Shown: positions 20,037-30,347 of the stretch, one piece after another | Layout of the letters: each line of letters starts with the position of its first letter | How positions within the stretch are numbered: the first letter of the stretch is position 1 | Assembly (NCBI GenBank): GCA_964640175.1 | Contig: CAZXFW010000002.1 | Coordinates: forward strand, 198,257-262,256 | Reading direction: 5' to 3' | Source of the DNA: an uncultured Polyangiales bacterium | GTDB lineage: Bacteria > Myxococcota_A > Polyangia > Polyangiales > GCA-016699535 | Length of the DNA stretch: 64,000 bases | Translations under genes and position numbers: made by a program | Notes under the pieces: model-generated | The model's database searches: none | Told to the model about the DNA's origin: nothing | The model's input: the letters and a program-made list of their open reading frames with translations, nothing else

Positions 20037-21773
20037 TCATAGTCCGAGCCGTTGTCGTGCAAGCTCAATAGCTCGGCGACAAATTTCTTCGTATTGTTCG
20101 GGAAATTGGCTGCCATCAAGAAGGCTCTCCAACCGTGTCAAGGCTTCATCGAGGGCCTGTGGTGATGTGGTTTGGGAGGTCAGCGTATCGACAAATTCCT
20201 GTGCCATGTTTTCAACAGCGGCTTCAACATTCCCACCATTTTCTGAAGCCTCGTAGGCTGCGGTAGCCACCGTCGCAGCACCTCGTATATGATCTAGAAC
20301 ATCCGCAAACGCTTCGGCCGTCTGACTGGCTTGCCGATTTTCTTCTTTGACCCAAACCTTGGCCTGCTCCATCCATGCGCGAAGCTCTTCAACCGACATC
20401 CCAAGCTGTTCTTCGAATTCAGCAAGTTCGTCATCGGTTAATGCAGAAACCTCATCAAGCCAGGGAAGCGCACCTTGGTCTAAGTGGTAAGCCATTTCAC
20501 GATACTTGCGTTCTTGCTCGGAAAGTTGCGCTAAAACGCTATCGATATCCGCGGCTATGTTAGCCGCGGGGAAGGCAGCGCCTGAGATATGGCCATACAA
20601 TGCGTCACGCAGAGTTTGATCATCCAGCGTTTCTCCGGAAGGAATCATGTGTCGCGGTAAAGGTTGACCAAAAATAAGGTCTCCTCGGTCAGAATGAAAT
20701 GCAATCGGTGGCTGGTACACAGGCGTTATCGCAGGTGAATAGATGAAGCTTAGGGGCGTTACCGTACGGGCATTGACACCTGCATAGACACTGACAAGCA
20801 TGCGCCATAAGCGAACGTCGTCTGTGAGATACACCTGGGAAGACGATGAAGCCGTTTTAGACGGGGAATCTGCTGTAAGCTTAGCAATCAGGGCATAGCC
20901 CGCAAGGACAACCCCTACGATCGCCACTCCACCACATAAGACTATCCCTAGCGCATTCGAACACAGCCCTGCCGACGTTGACGGATTCATGAGGGTGCCA
21001 ACGGCAAACACGTCCACTCCCGGCACAGCTGGGTGCGTATCGTCCCATTCGTACACGGCAAAGTCAGTCTGCCGAGCCCCCGTGCTATCTTGAAAGCACA
21101 ATCCCGGCACGGCAGAGCGTTGAAACCCTTTTGACTGCCAATCCTCCCTACCTAAGGGTGCCACATCAAGACGCTGTTCCGAGATATTAAACTCCAGCGC
21201 TCCATGTTGGAAATGTTGCCGAAGGATGCCGCGTTGATTGTACAAGAAGGCGCCGCCGTAGGCCGGGCCAAGCAAAGACACCACAGTGGGATTGGCTTGC
21301 AGATAGGCAGCAAATCCATGTGCATATGTTACTCCACCAATCGTAGATTCGTTACCTACGGGCGTCGTGCGTTTTAGACAGGCCTGGCCACTCAGCTTCG
21401 CACATGCTGACTCCCCTATTGAAGCAACGGTGACTTGATTGGTTGAAGCAGTCCACTTCAATGCAAAATGTTCAAATGGCTGAAAATAGGTGTGTTCCTC
21501 GGAATCCATGACAGACGCGTTGTCGAGCGGATCACCAAAAATTTCTGTAAGGTTTTGGTTTTGAACAAAGTCTTCAAACGGACCACATAGCGTGAGCGCA
21601 GGGACGCCAAACGACGTGTTGCTGTCAAAGGTGAGTTTTTCAACTCGATATCCCGGAAACAAAGCTTGGGCCTGCTCTAGACCGCCTTTGGATGCGGTTT
21701 CAGAAGCATTAAGAGAGCATGCCGCTACGATAAAGGCACACATGTAGGGAGATACCTGAATCCAAATACGCAT
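20037..21773 (-). CDS. hypothetical single-pass membrane lipoprotein
   Basis: Start moved to ATG 21773 (MRIWIQVSPYMCAFIVAACS, lipobox IVAAC). About 300 aa ectodomain, one TM (IVLCGGVAIVGVVLAGYALIA), then an acidic helical cytoplasmic tail. Confidence 0.6.
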   Translation of the reverse strand: MRIWIQVSPYMCAFIVAACSLNASETASKGGLEQAQALFPGYRVEKLTFDSNTSFGVPALTLCGPFEDFVQNQNLTEIFGDPLDNASVMDSEEHTYFQPFEHFALKWTASTNQVTVASIGESACAKLSGQACLKRTTPVGNESTIGGVTYAHGFAAYLQANPTVVSLLGPAYGGAFLYNQRGILRQHFQHGALEFNISEQRLDVAPLGREDWQSKGFQRSAVPGLCFQDSTGARQTDFAVYEWDDTHPAVPGVDVFAVGTLMNPSTSAGLCSNALGIVLCGGVAIVGVVLAGYALIAKLTADSPSKTASSSSQVYLTDDVRLWRMLVSVYAGVNARTVTPLSFIYSPAITPVYQPPIAFHSDRGDLIFGQPLPRHMIPSGETLDDQTLRDALYGHISGAAFPAANIAADIDSVLAQLSEQERKYREMAYHLDQGALPWLDEVSALTDDELAEFEEQLGMSVEELRAWMEQAKVWVKEENRQASQTAEAFADVLDHIRGAATVATAAYEASENGGNVEAAVENMAQEFVDTLTSQTTSPQALDEALTRLESLLDGSQFPEQYEEICRRAIELARQRLGL

Positions 21774-21943
21774 GAAGCGGCATCCAAGCAAATTACATGC
21801 CAGCAAAATTTCTAATAATTTGAGTGGATTAGTAGGGTTAACTGTCTCCAGTTGGACGTATGCGTGGGGCAAATTCAACCTACCCTAGATACAGACGCAC
21901 ATCTTTCATGGCAGCTCCCATAGCAGCTTGGTAAACTGCCTGG

Positions 21944-22537
21944 ATGGCGCTTCGGGAAGCTCTTGTTGGATGGCTAGTGTGTGTAGGCTGTATCGTCGCA
22001 TGCGGTAACAATGATCCGCCCAGTTCTCTAGAGGATGCAGGCACAGATGGCACGCTCAGCGACGGCCCCCTCCAGGATACCTTTAATCCTGACAATACTC
22101 CCCTTGTGACGTTGGATGCGGCTGGGATTAGTGCCGCATGTGCCGAAGTCGCAACCATTGCAGATAATTCGTCAGACATTTTCACTGCGCAAAATCTCTG
22201 TGAAGTCATTGCTCTATCCCAGGGAGACATTGATTCTTCCTCAGAGTGCAATGTGTATGTCGCAGATTGCCGTGAAGAATTCGAAGTCATCGATCCGTTG
22301 ATCGATGCCAAAAACCGCTGCTCCAAAGAAATCAAAGCCCTGGACAGCGGTTGCCAGGCAGGCATCCACGACCTTACAGCGTGTATCCAAGCAACTGCGG
22401 ATATGTTCCGCACGCTCATGGAAAGCACAGACTGTAATGACGTAGGCATTAATCCACCCCATGCCGCCGTTCCACTGGAATGCGGACCCATCTACGCATG
22501 TGACATGTTCAAGTTCCTGGAAGAGTACGAGCAGTAG
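21944..22537 (+). CDS. small Cys-rich secreted lipoprotein
   Basis: Lipobox IVACG, ten further cysteines at regular spacing, acidic composition. Preferred over the antisense 21880..22491 ORF, which is Ser/Arg-rich. Confidence 0.6.
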   Translation: MALREALVGWLVCVGCIVACGNNDPPSSLEDAGTDGTLSDGPLQDTFNPDNTPLVTLDAAGISAACAEVATIADNSSDIFTAQNLCEVIALSQGDIDSSSECNVYVADCREEFEVIDPLIDAKNRCSKEIKALDSGCQAGIHDLTACIQATADMFRTLMESTDCNDVGINPPHAAVPLECGPIYACDMFKFLEEYEQ

Positions 22538-24497
22538 AATTGGCATCACGCCAGCGGTAGTACAACGGCAAGCATGCCACTAAAGCCACGACAAAGGTCA
22601 TCGCAGCTTGAGCTCCTAGCGACTCCAGACTTGCATACACCCCCATTGCTGGGATTTCAGGACACGCAATCGACGTATAGGAAATCACGCCAGCTTCCTG
22701 AAGTGAATGAACCCCGTTGCCCACGAGCACTACAGTAAGAAGCGCAAGCAAACTACTCGATGCCAGCATAAATTGTCGAAGAGGCAGGCGTTGGCTAATG
22801 GCTCGCATGACCATCGCAATTACACCAAGAGCAAGAATACCAGATAGTGCACCCATCCACACCCATTGTTGATGGTTACCTGCCTCAAGCACAAGCGCCT
22901 TAAAGAACAGCACCACTTCAAAGGCTTCCCGATATACAGAAATAAAAGACAACACAAAAATCGCAGCTTTAGAACTCACATTGTCAGTCGACTGCTCCCA
23001 CCAGCGCATTAACAATCCCACCCAACGTTTAGCCGTGAGCTGGCCTAACATCCAGTGGGTGACTCCAAGCAACATCACTGCGGCAAGTAGCGCGACAATG
23101 CCTTCAGCAAGCTCGCGTGCCATACCACTTAAGATGTCCGCAAGCACAAACCAGGTAATCAAACCACACACAAGAGCGCTAAGCCAACCTCCATGAATCC
23201 AATACTGCAATGCAGGCTCTTCACGCTTGCGTGCCATCCCGAGCAAAACCGCAATCAAGAGCACACCCTCTACCCCCTCACGCAATGCTATCAGCAGCGC
23301 AGCGAAAAAAGAGGTGTTGCGGCTGGAGGGAGCCTGCGCCATCTCACTCACAATACGCTCTACCTCAGAAGTGGTCCTCACCAGCTCCGAATATTTTCCC
23401 TCTTGAGCAGCAAGCTGTTGCAATCGCAACATTGCCCGTTCAACGCGTTGAACTTTTGCTGGCTCAGCAAGCTTCAAGGAACTCTCGTACGGTTCAAACC
23501 CATCCAGATAAGCTGCGATAAAATGTGTTTTGGCCTGAATGAAATCGTGATTATTATAAGCTTTTAGGCCTGCGCCAATGCGTGAACGCAATACCGCAAA
23601 ATCCGTGTTGCCTGTGTTAAATTCAACCACGCGACGTATGTATGCAACCACTTGCCGTTGGGTCGCTGCATCGTTAACGTTCGCCCTAAGTTCACCAAGC
23701 AACTCCGTGTCACTCTGATACACAGGACTTTTGTGAGCCATCAATACATTCGGTTCACGTGCAACAAGCGCTGCTCCTTTGGCAGCATCTTTTGGCGTAT
23801 GACGCCATGCAACAATGTAGCGTGCCAATGCCCACCGATCCGCTTCGGACAATTGCGTAAAACCCACCATGGCCGTTCCAGCGATGCCATGCGTGATGGC
23901 ATGATACGCACGAAGCGGAGAAATATCTTGCATGACCTTTGGATCATGAAAATTGGCAGGTGGCGGCTTAAAACTGGCAGATTGAGGTCCATCCGCTTTA
24001 CCGGTCGAGCCATGGCACGCAGTGCATCCTTGCGTACGGAACAACTCAGCGGCACGTTTCCAATCGCTGGGCCGTGGAGGAGTCAACGTAAGTGCAAAAC
24101 GCTGCATGAGTACCGCTTTGATGGCACGACAGCCCTCCTGTATCGTGGAAGGCGGAGCTTTAAGCTCAATCGCTTTTTTCAATTCCAGAAATCGGGGCTG
24201 AAGATCACTCGCTTCACCTGGCAACAAACCCATGGCTTGCTCCAGCAAGAACTTCTGTTCTTCATACTCTCCTTGATTCAGAAGCTGCCCTTGATCGTTA
24301 ACTGCAACGCGGTAATCCCCTTCGATATAGCTCAGGATACCTAGAATCTGCTGCGGGGCTTGTGCGTGAGCTGAAGTGCAAAAGACAAACCACACTCCAC
24401 AAAAGATCATCCCACCAAAAATGGATTGAAACAGCACTCGTTGACGAATCGCATGAAGTTTTGTCACGTTGGAGTGGTTCCATAGCAGCTCGGGCAC
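22509..24497 (-). CDS. cytochrome c / FTR1-family iron permease fusion
   Basis: Heme motif CTACHG in the N-terminal periplasmic part. Two FTR1 REXXE motifs (LREGVEGV, YREAFEVV) lie in a 7-TM C-terminal half. Confidence 0.85.
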   Translation of the reverse strand: MPELLWNHSNVTKLHAIRQRVLFQSIFGGMIFCGVWFVFCTSAHAQAPQQILGILSYIEGDYRVAVNDQGQLLNQGEYEEQKFLLEQAMGLLPGEASDLQPRFLELKKAIELKAPPSTIQEGCRAIKAVLMQRFALTLTPPRPSDWKRAAELFRTQGCTACHGSTGKADGPQSASFKPPPANFHDPKVMQDISPLRAYHAITHGIAGTAMVGFTQLSEADRWALARYIVAWRHTPKDAAKGAALVAREPNVLMAHKSPVYQSDTELLGELRANVNDAATQRQVVAYIRRVVEFNTGNTDFAVLRSRIGAGLKAYNNHDFIQAKTHFIAAYLDGFEPYESSLKLAEPAKVQRVERAMLRLQQLAAQEGKYSELVRTTSEVERIVSEMAQAPSSRNTSFFAALLIALREGVEGVLLIAVLLGMARKREEPALQYWIHGGWLSALVCGLITWFVLADILSGMARELAEGIVALLAAVMLLGVTHWMLGQLTAKRWVGLLMRWWEQSTDNVSSKAAIFVLSFISVYREAFEVVLFFKALVLEAGNHQQWVWMGALSGILALGVIAMVMRAISQRLPLRQFMLASSSLLALLTVVLVGNGVHSLQEAGVISYTSIACPEIPAMGVYASLESLGAQAAMTFVVALVACLPLYYRWRDANSTARTLPGT

Positions 24498-24536
24498 GTG
24501 TTGTCAGTTGGAAGAAAAAGGGAAATTTGAAACCGT

Positions 24537-25655
24537 TCAAATTTCGCCAATTTCCAAAGACGCCAAGCTGTTTTTCATGTACTCAGCATACACTCCTGCC
24601 GCAATCGCTTCACGGGCACCTTTCATAAGTGCGCCATAAAAATGAAGATTGTGTTGCGTGACTAGCCGCGGACCCAGCATCTCACCCACATTAAATAAAT
24701 GCCTCAAATAGGCACGGCTATAGGTTTGGCATACGGGACAGGCACACCTACTGTCCAATGGAGATGAATCCTCGCGATGACGGGCGTTATTAAGATTCAA
24801 GGTACCGTTCCATGTAAATGCTTGGGCATTACGACCGTTGCGCGTAGGCAACACACAATCAAACATGTCAATGCCAGCACCTATTGCAATCAACAAATCC
24901 CGTGGCGTACCCACTCCCATTAAGTAACGCGGCCGATCTTTTGGCATGCATGGCCCAATTTCCACCAAGAGTTCGTGCATCTTTTCCGGCGGTTCCCCCA
25001 CGCTGAAACCACCCAATGCAATTCCAGCAAACGGCATGGCAGCGATGTCATTTAAATGCGCAAGTCGCAGATCACAATGAGTTCCACCTTGCACAATCCC
25101 AAAACGCACCTGCCCTTCTCTTTCGGCTACCTGCAGACTACGGCGTGCCCACGCTGTAGTACGCTGCATTGCAGCCTCGATCACGAAACGCTCTGCATTG
25201 GCGGGCGGGCACTCATCGAGCACCATCGCAATGTCCGACCCCAGCAGCCCCTGTATTTCAAGTGCTTTTTCTGGCGTCAGAAACTTTAACTCGCCATCGA
25301 GATGTGAGCGGAAACTCACGCCCTCATCGTTGATGTCACGAAGTTTGGCCAACGAGAACACTTGGTAGCCTCCACTGTCGGTGAGCACCGCATGCGGCCA
25401 AGCCATGAACCGTTGGATACCACCCAATGCCGCAACACGCTCAGCCCCAGGCCGCAGCCAAAGATGATAGGTGTTGGCAAGAATAACGTGTGCACCTGTT
25501 TCGGTGACTTCAGAAGGAGTTTGCGATTTAACGGCCGCCAACGTGCCTACAGGCATGAAGATAGGAGTTTCCACGACCGCATGAGACGTCCGTAGGCGCC
25601 CTAACCTGGCATGACCGTCCACGCTCTTAACTTCAAAATGGAAGTGCTGGGTCAT
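24537..25655 (-). CDS. tgt: tRNA-guanine transglycosylase
   Basis: TPIFMPVGT, LTDSGGYQVFSL, LMGVGTP, zinc site CxCxxC...H (CACPVC...YLRHL). Confidence 0.95.
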   Translation of the reverse strand: MTQHFHFEVKSVDGHARLGRLRTSHAVVETPIFMPVGTLAAVKSQTPSEVTETGAHVILANTYHLWLRPGAERVAALGGIQRFMAWPHAVLTDSGGYQVFSLAKLRDINDEGVSFRSHLDGELKFLTPEKALEIQGLLGSDIAMVLDECPPANAERFVIEAAMQRTTAWARRSLQVAEREGQVRFGIVQGGTHCDLRLAHLNDIAAMPFAGIALGGFSVGEPPEKMHELLVEIGPCMPKDRPRYLMGVGTPRDLLIAIGAGIDMFDCVLPTRNGRNAQAFTWNGTLNLNNARHREDSSPLDSRCACPVCQTYSRAYLRHLFNVGEMLGPRLVTQHNLHFYGALMKGAREAIAAGVYAEYMKNSLASLEIGEI

Positions 25656-25660
25656 GATAA

Positions 25661-26719
25661 TTACCTTCTTAGATAGTTGTCTGGCGCTAACAGCATGGCA
25701 TCCCCATAACTAAAAAATCGGTATTCTTCTTTGACTGCATGTGCGTAAGCTGATTTGACTAAATCAACGCCACCAAATGCCATCACCATTGCGAGCAACG
25801 TGGATTTTGGCAAGTGAAAATTGGTCATCAGCACATCAACGCACCGAAACCGGTAGGGTGGATAGATAAACAAGTCGGTGTGCCCTGAAAAAGAAGAAAC
25901 CTCTCCTTCGGGCGATGTGACGCTTTCCAGCGCACGGGCAACGGTGGTTCCCACGGCAACGACTGGTCGCCCGCTTGCCTTGGCTTGACGGATGCTGTCG
26001 GCTGCTTCTGAAGAAACAGAAAGACGCTCTTTATGCATCCGGTGATCTTGTAAGCGAGAAGTCCGCAAAGGCGTAAATGTACCGATACCAACATGCAATG
26101 TAATCTCAACCACATGATGGTCATGCTGCGCAAGCGACTGAAGAAGTTCTGCTTCAAAATGCAATCCCGCAGTAGGAGCTGCCACAGCACCGGGCTCCCG
26201 CGCAAACACGGTTTGATAACGTTCCATGTCATGCACCGTAGCCGTACGATGAATGTAGGAAGGCAATGGCAATTGGCCCACCAACTCAAGAGTTTTCAGA
26301 ATGGGCTGAAATGAATTTAGCCGAACATGGACTGTGCCATCTTCGTTGATCTGCATTACTTGGGCACCCAGTTCGGAGGGAAACGAAAGCTGCATGCCTT
26401 GAGCAAACCCCTGAGAAGACTTGCCTATCGCCAGCCAGTCTTCTTCAGAGCCTTCAGGACCAAGCCTCTCAAGCAATAAAAGCTCAACCTTTCCTCCAGT
26501 GAGCGTTTTATGCCCAAAAAGTCTCGCCTGTAATACACGCGTGTTGTTCACCACAAAGAGTGCTGGCACGACCAACCTAGGAAGGTTAGCCACGCACTCA
26601 TTGCTTACCACTCCGTTACTGGTGTTGACTGATAGCAGCCTGGCGGCCAGTCGATTGGGTAAAGGAGACTGGGCAATTCGTTCAGGAGGTAATACGTAAT
26701 CAAGCTCAGAACTATCCAT
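25661..26719 (-). CDS. queA: S-adenosylmethionine:tRNA ribosyltransferase-isomerase
   Basis: LDYVLPPERIAQ, GAVAAPTAGLHF, VAVGTTVARALES, NFHLPKSTLL, YRFFSYGDAMLL. Confidence 0.95.
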   Translation of the reverse strand: MDSSELDYVLPPERIAQSPLPNRLAARLLSVNTSNGVVSNECVANLPRLVVPALFVVNNTRVLQARLFGHKTLTGGKVELLLLERLGPEGSEEDWLAIGKSSQGFAQGMQLSFPSELGAQVMQINEDGTVHVRLNSFQPILKTLELVGQLPLPSYIHRTATVHDMERYQTVFAREPGAVAAPTAGLHFEAELLQSLAQHDHHVVEITLHVGIGTFTPLRTSRLQDHRMHKERLSVSSEAADSIRQAKASGRPVVAVGTTVARALESVTSPEGEVSSFSGHTDLFIYPPYRFRCVDVLMTNFHLPKSTLLAMVMAFGGVDLVKSAYAHAVKEEYRFFSYGDAMLLAPDNYLRR

Positions 26720-26748
26720 GGTTACATCATGTATCGAGAAAACAGCCT

Positions 26749-28197
26749 TTACAGAGGAACAGCCAAAATAGCATCTATTCTCGGGATTTTGCTGACTTTA
26801 CCGGAGTAGGTCCTAAAAGTCTGTGTCCCAGTAACAACTCCAAGGACCGTAATCATGCTGCCTGGCTCAAACTGCATTAACGTAGGCAACGTAACCCACA
26901 AAGGACATGGCGTGTGGTCGCACTCGCGAGCCTGCATTTGCAGCATGTTTTGACCATTTTCAACGTCAACATTGAAGACCCGCCCAACAATACGGATATG
27001 TTGGCCTCGATACTTGATGGGATCCTCGGCAATCAAACGGTACGTGATTCTTGGATCTGCTCGAAAACGCGTTGCTTCGTGCTTGAGGTTAGCGACCCTG
27101 TACACTCGACGCACTATGCGCCTAGGCAGTCGCATTGGCTCGTGAGCCACTATCTCGATCGAACTCATTCCTAGCTCGGCAAGTGGCTCGATATGTTGGA
27201 AAAGGCCATCACGTACTGCAATTGGCTGACCATTGATCGTAAGCTTTGCTTGGGCGTGAACGGCCCCTGCAACATCGATGCTTTTTCCTTGAGTCACAGC
27301 CATATCTATAGGGGCATCGACCCGCAATGCCGATGGCTGAATGTGGGCCCGTAGTACTCCCTCAATCGGACGCGAATCTTTAGGTTCAATACTATAATGC
27401 ACCACATGTTCGTACGAGGTTTCGCTATCCTCCGGAACCTGAATTACATACCGTTTGGTACCTTTACCGTGAGCATCCACAACCAAGGGCTGTCCATCTA
27501 CTGAAACATTGCTGTGAGGCAACACATCGATCACGAAATCCAACGTCATGGGAATCTGATTAAGTCCCTGGCGATCAAAGTGGACTCGATAAGGAATTAA
27601 AATGGTTGCATTCAAAAGCTTGCCCCGACCATGTCGGTCGATCAGGAATAACACAACATGATTCGCCCCCACCTTCATGGAATCGACATCCAACGCAAAA
27701 CGTACGCCTTCTGGACCTAGTAAAAGCTCGCGCCCACCAAAACGCACGCGCATCCCGATGGCATGTGGATACGGCTTAATGAAGAGCATTTGGCCCAAAT
27801 CTGTTTGCTCAACAATTACATCCACCTTATGCGTCTGTTTTTGCCACCACAGAAACCCTCCATAGCCAGCACCAAGTGATAACAGCACAAGCCCAACGAG
27901 TAACACGCCATACCAGCGTCGCGAACGTGGCGCTTGGGTTTGCAATGCAGCATTCTCAGGGATCATGTCCCTTTCAGAATTCTCAACTACAGACGAATCT
28001 AGCTGCGCTCGATAGGAAGGCAACTCGCTTGGGGATTCCGTCGGAGACACAGCCAACGCGCCCTCTTGCCCTAATGTACCTGGAGGGTTTTGCTCTGAAA
28101 GGCGCCCCACCAGTTCATTGCCACATACACCACAAAAGCGAGAATCCAGATCCAGGCTAGATCCGCAACCAGGACATATCTGAAGCACCGAGGCCAT
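26749..28197 (-). CDS. zinc-ribbon membrane protein, function unknown
   Basis: N-terminal CPGCG..(x10)..CGVCG ribbon, one TM (WYGVLLVGLVLLSLGAGYGGFLWW), about 360 aa extracytoplasmic beta-rich region. Confidence 0.6.
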   Translation of the reverse strand: MASVLQICPGCGSSLDLDSRFCGVCGNELVGRLSEQNPPGTLGQEGALAVSPTESPSELPSYRAQLDSSVVENSERDMIPENAALQTQAPRSRRWYGVLLVGLVLLSLGAGYGGFLWWQKQTHKVDVIVEQTDLGQMLFIKPYPHAIGMRVRFGGRELLLGPEGVRFALDVDSMKVGANHVVLFLIDRHGRGKLLNATILIPYRVHFDRQGLNQIPMTLDFVIDVLPHSNVSVDGQPLVVDAHGKGTKRYVIQVPEDSETSYEHVVHYSIEPKDSRPIEGVLRAHIQPSALRVDAPIDMAVTQGKSIDVAGAVHAQAKLTINGQPIAVRDGLFQHIEPLAELGMSSIEIVAHEPMRLPRRIVRRVYRVANLKHEATRFRADPRITYRLIAEDPIKYRGQHIRIVGRVFNVDVENGQNMLQMQARECDHTPCPLWVTLPTLMQFEPGSMITVLGVVTGTQTFRTYSGKVSKIPRIDAILAVPL

Positions 28198-28284
28198 GGC
28201 GCGCTAGCTTATCATGCAAGTCCTAATTTCGTCTCGTTTGCGCAGGCAAAAAGACTCTTTCTTGGTCTTGGCTATCTGAAAGAA

Positions 28285-29532
28285 TTGCCCATTTTCCCTC
28301 AGGTAGCATACAAAGACGGCGTGCCTTCCGAAACCCGTTGCTCATCTCGCAATCTGTTCGCGGCGAGCGTAGTCCTGTTAGTTTTTTCTGTTCTACGCGG
28401 AATACAGCTTCCGAATACTTGGTCTACAACACATATGTTGGTGAACTACGACCATGGATTCGTCAAACGTGGGTTACTCGGTGCCTTACTCAAATTTCTA
28501 AACATCCCTTACAGGTACGATTTCAGTTTCTTCGCGATCTTAAGCTTGGCCATTTTTGCCGTCAGCCTCGGGTTATTCATCGCCATCATACGCAACTTGC
28601 TATATAGCAAGAATCCTGACGCTATCGCATCTTCGTTTGTATACGCTTCAAGCCTCGGCATCTTATTTCTTGCTGCTACAGTAGGCTACTGGGATCATCT
28701 CGGACTGCTTCTTAGCTTAATTGCTTTACACATCAACGGCATCCATCGTCGCCTGTGGTTCATTGGCATCGCGTTTGGAATCGCCATATTGATCCATGAA
28801 GCTCTTGCACTCATGTTTTACCCACTTCTCTGCATATCGGTACTTCTTAACCATGAGCAACACCCCGTTAAGTCAGTATACCTTGGCCTCGTAACCCTTT
28901 CGGTGGTTCTCGTAGTGCTGACAGGAATCATGTCCGGAGCAACGATTTCTGCCGAACACGCCGGCGCACTTTACCAGCAGGTGCGAACACAAACAGACTT
29001 TACGCCCAATGATATTTTCTTCTGGGTTCTTTCTCAAAACGTGCAAAACAATGCTGCCGTCATGAGGGCATGGTGGCATGATCCGATACGATGGAAAGAT
29101 ATGGGCTGGTCTCTTGCGGCCACTTTGCCTCCAACCTTATTTTTCACAACCCTGGCAATTCGACGATTAAGTTACTATTGCAAACTCAAACTCTTTTGGT
29201 TATTGACGGCTGCCAGTGCACTCACACCCCTCGCTTTGCATGGCATAGGTTGGGATTTTGAACGCTGGAACGCGCTGAGCATTACAACAAGTTTCTTGGC
29301 ATTTGTGGTGGTTCACCAAGCCTTCCCTCATTCAATACCGCAGGAATATCGACCCAAAACCGAATCATTTCTTCCCGTGGCACTTGTCCTTTTAGTGATT
29401 GGAGCAGCTTCTAAAATAACTCTGCTTGATGATAATCCCATACGCTCTTATCCATTCAAGCAAGAGGTCATGTGTATAACCTCGGCAACTAAACCGATAC
29501 GTGCGTGTCTACAGAACCAAAACACTCAGTGA
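28285..29532 (+). CDS. polytopic membrane protein, function unknown
   Basis: About 10 hydrophobic helices. The start codon is uncertain (TTG 28285 or GTG 28321). The 3' end overlaps the dapB stop by 7 nt, convergently. Confidence 0.55.
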   Translation: MPIFPQVAYKDGVPSETRCSSRNLFAASVVLLVFSVLRGIQLPNTWSTTHMLVNYDHGFVKRGLLGALLKFLNIPYRYDFSFFAILSLAIFAVSLGLFIAIIRNLLYSKNPDAIASSFVYASSLGILFLAATVGYWDHLGLLLSLIALHINGIHRRLWFIGIAFGIAILIHEALALMFYPLLCISVLLNHEQHPVKSVYLGLVTLSVVLVVLTGIMSGATISAEHAGALYQQVRTQTDFTPNDIFFWVLSQNVQNNAAVMRAWWHDPIRWKDMGWSLAATLPPTLFFTTLAIRRLSYYCKLKLFWLLTAASALTPLALHGIGWDFERWNALSITTSFLAFVVVHQAFPHSIPQEYRPKTESFLPVALVLLVIGAASKITLLDDNPIRSYPFKQEVMCITSATKPIRACLQNQNTQ

Positions 29533-30347
29533 GCATCCTTTTGGATTCCAAGCACATCAAACATGTCATAGAGACCAGGAGGTTGTTCCACGACCCAATG
29601 CGCTGCTCGGACTGCGCCTCGAGCAAACACCGCGCGGTCTTGAGCACGATGCACAAGTTCCAATCGTTCGCTGGGATCTGCCAAGATCAACGTGTGATCT
29701 CCGACCACACCTCCGCCCCGCAACGCAAGGACGCCAATTTCCGTGTTGCGTCGTTGTCCCACTTGACCTTCTCTGCCGTAAACAAATGCATCCGACGTCA
29801 CATCCCGTGCCCGCGCGACACCTTCGGCAAGGCGTAACGCTGTCCCGCTTGGAGCATCCATTTTGTGTCGATGGTGCATCTCAATAATTTCCGCATCGTA
29901 TGCATCACCAAGCAACCGCGCAGCCATCTCCGCCAGGTAAAACATCACAGTCACGCCTTGGCTGAAATTGGGCGCATGGACCACGGGAGCAACGCCAGCA
30001 AGTTCGTGGACATAGTTCATAGTGTCCCGAAGACCTGTGGTTCCAATCACTGTAGGCATCTTTAATCGAATGCACTCCTTTAGCAGCGACGCAGTAGAGG
30101 TTGGTGTACTGAAGTCAATCACCGCCTGTGCATGAGCGAGAGAGACTGCAATATCATCGCCGAGAACAATGCCTTGCTCGTCAATTCCAGAAAGAACACC
30201 GATGTCCCGCCCTAATCCCTGACAGCCTGGAGCGTCCACGGCACTTACAAGTTCTATCTTCTCATCACTAGCCGCCACTTGCACAACGGCACGGCCCATC
30301 CTGCCAGCCGCACCACACACAGCCAATCGTATACGCGAAGCGGTCAT
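29526..30347 (-). CDS. dapB: 4-hydroxy-tetrahydrodipicolinate reductase
   Basis: NAD motif VCGAAGRMG, EMHHRHKMDAPSGTA catalytic block. Confidence 0.9.
   Translation of the reverse strand: MTASRIRLAVCGAAGRMGRAVVQVAASDEKIELVSAVDAPGCQGLGRDIGVLSGIDEQGIVLGDDIAVSLAHAQAVIDFSTPTSTASLLKECIRLKMPTVIGTTGLRDTMNYVHELAGVAPVVHAPNFSQGVTVMFYLAEMAARLLGDAYDAEIIEMHHRHKMDAPSGTALRLAEGVARARDVTSDAFVYGREGQVGQRRNTEIGVLALRGGGVVGDHTLILADPSERLELVHRAQDRAVFARGAVRAAHWVVEQPPGLYDMFDVLGIQKDAH

Noticed and set aside
21880-22491. 203-aa minus-strand ORF overlapping the Cys-rich lipoprotein gene
   Set aside because: The plus-strand frame has a clean lipobox and a regular cysteine pattern. The minus-strand product is a Ser/Arg/Ala-rich shadow.
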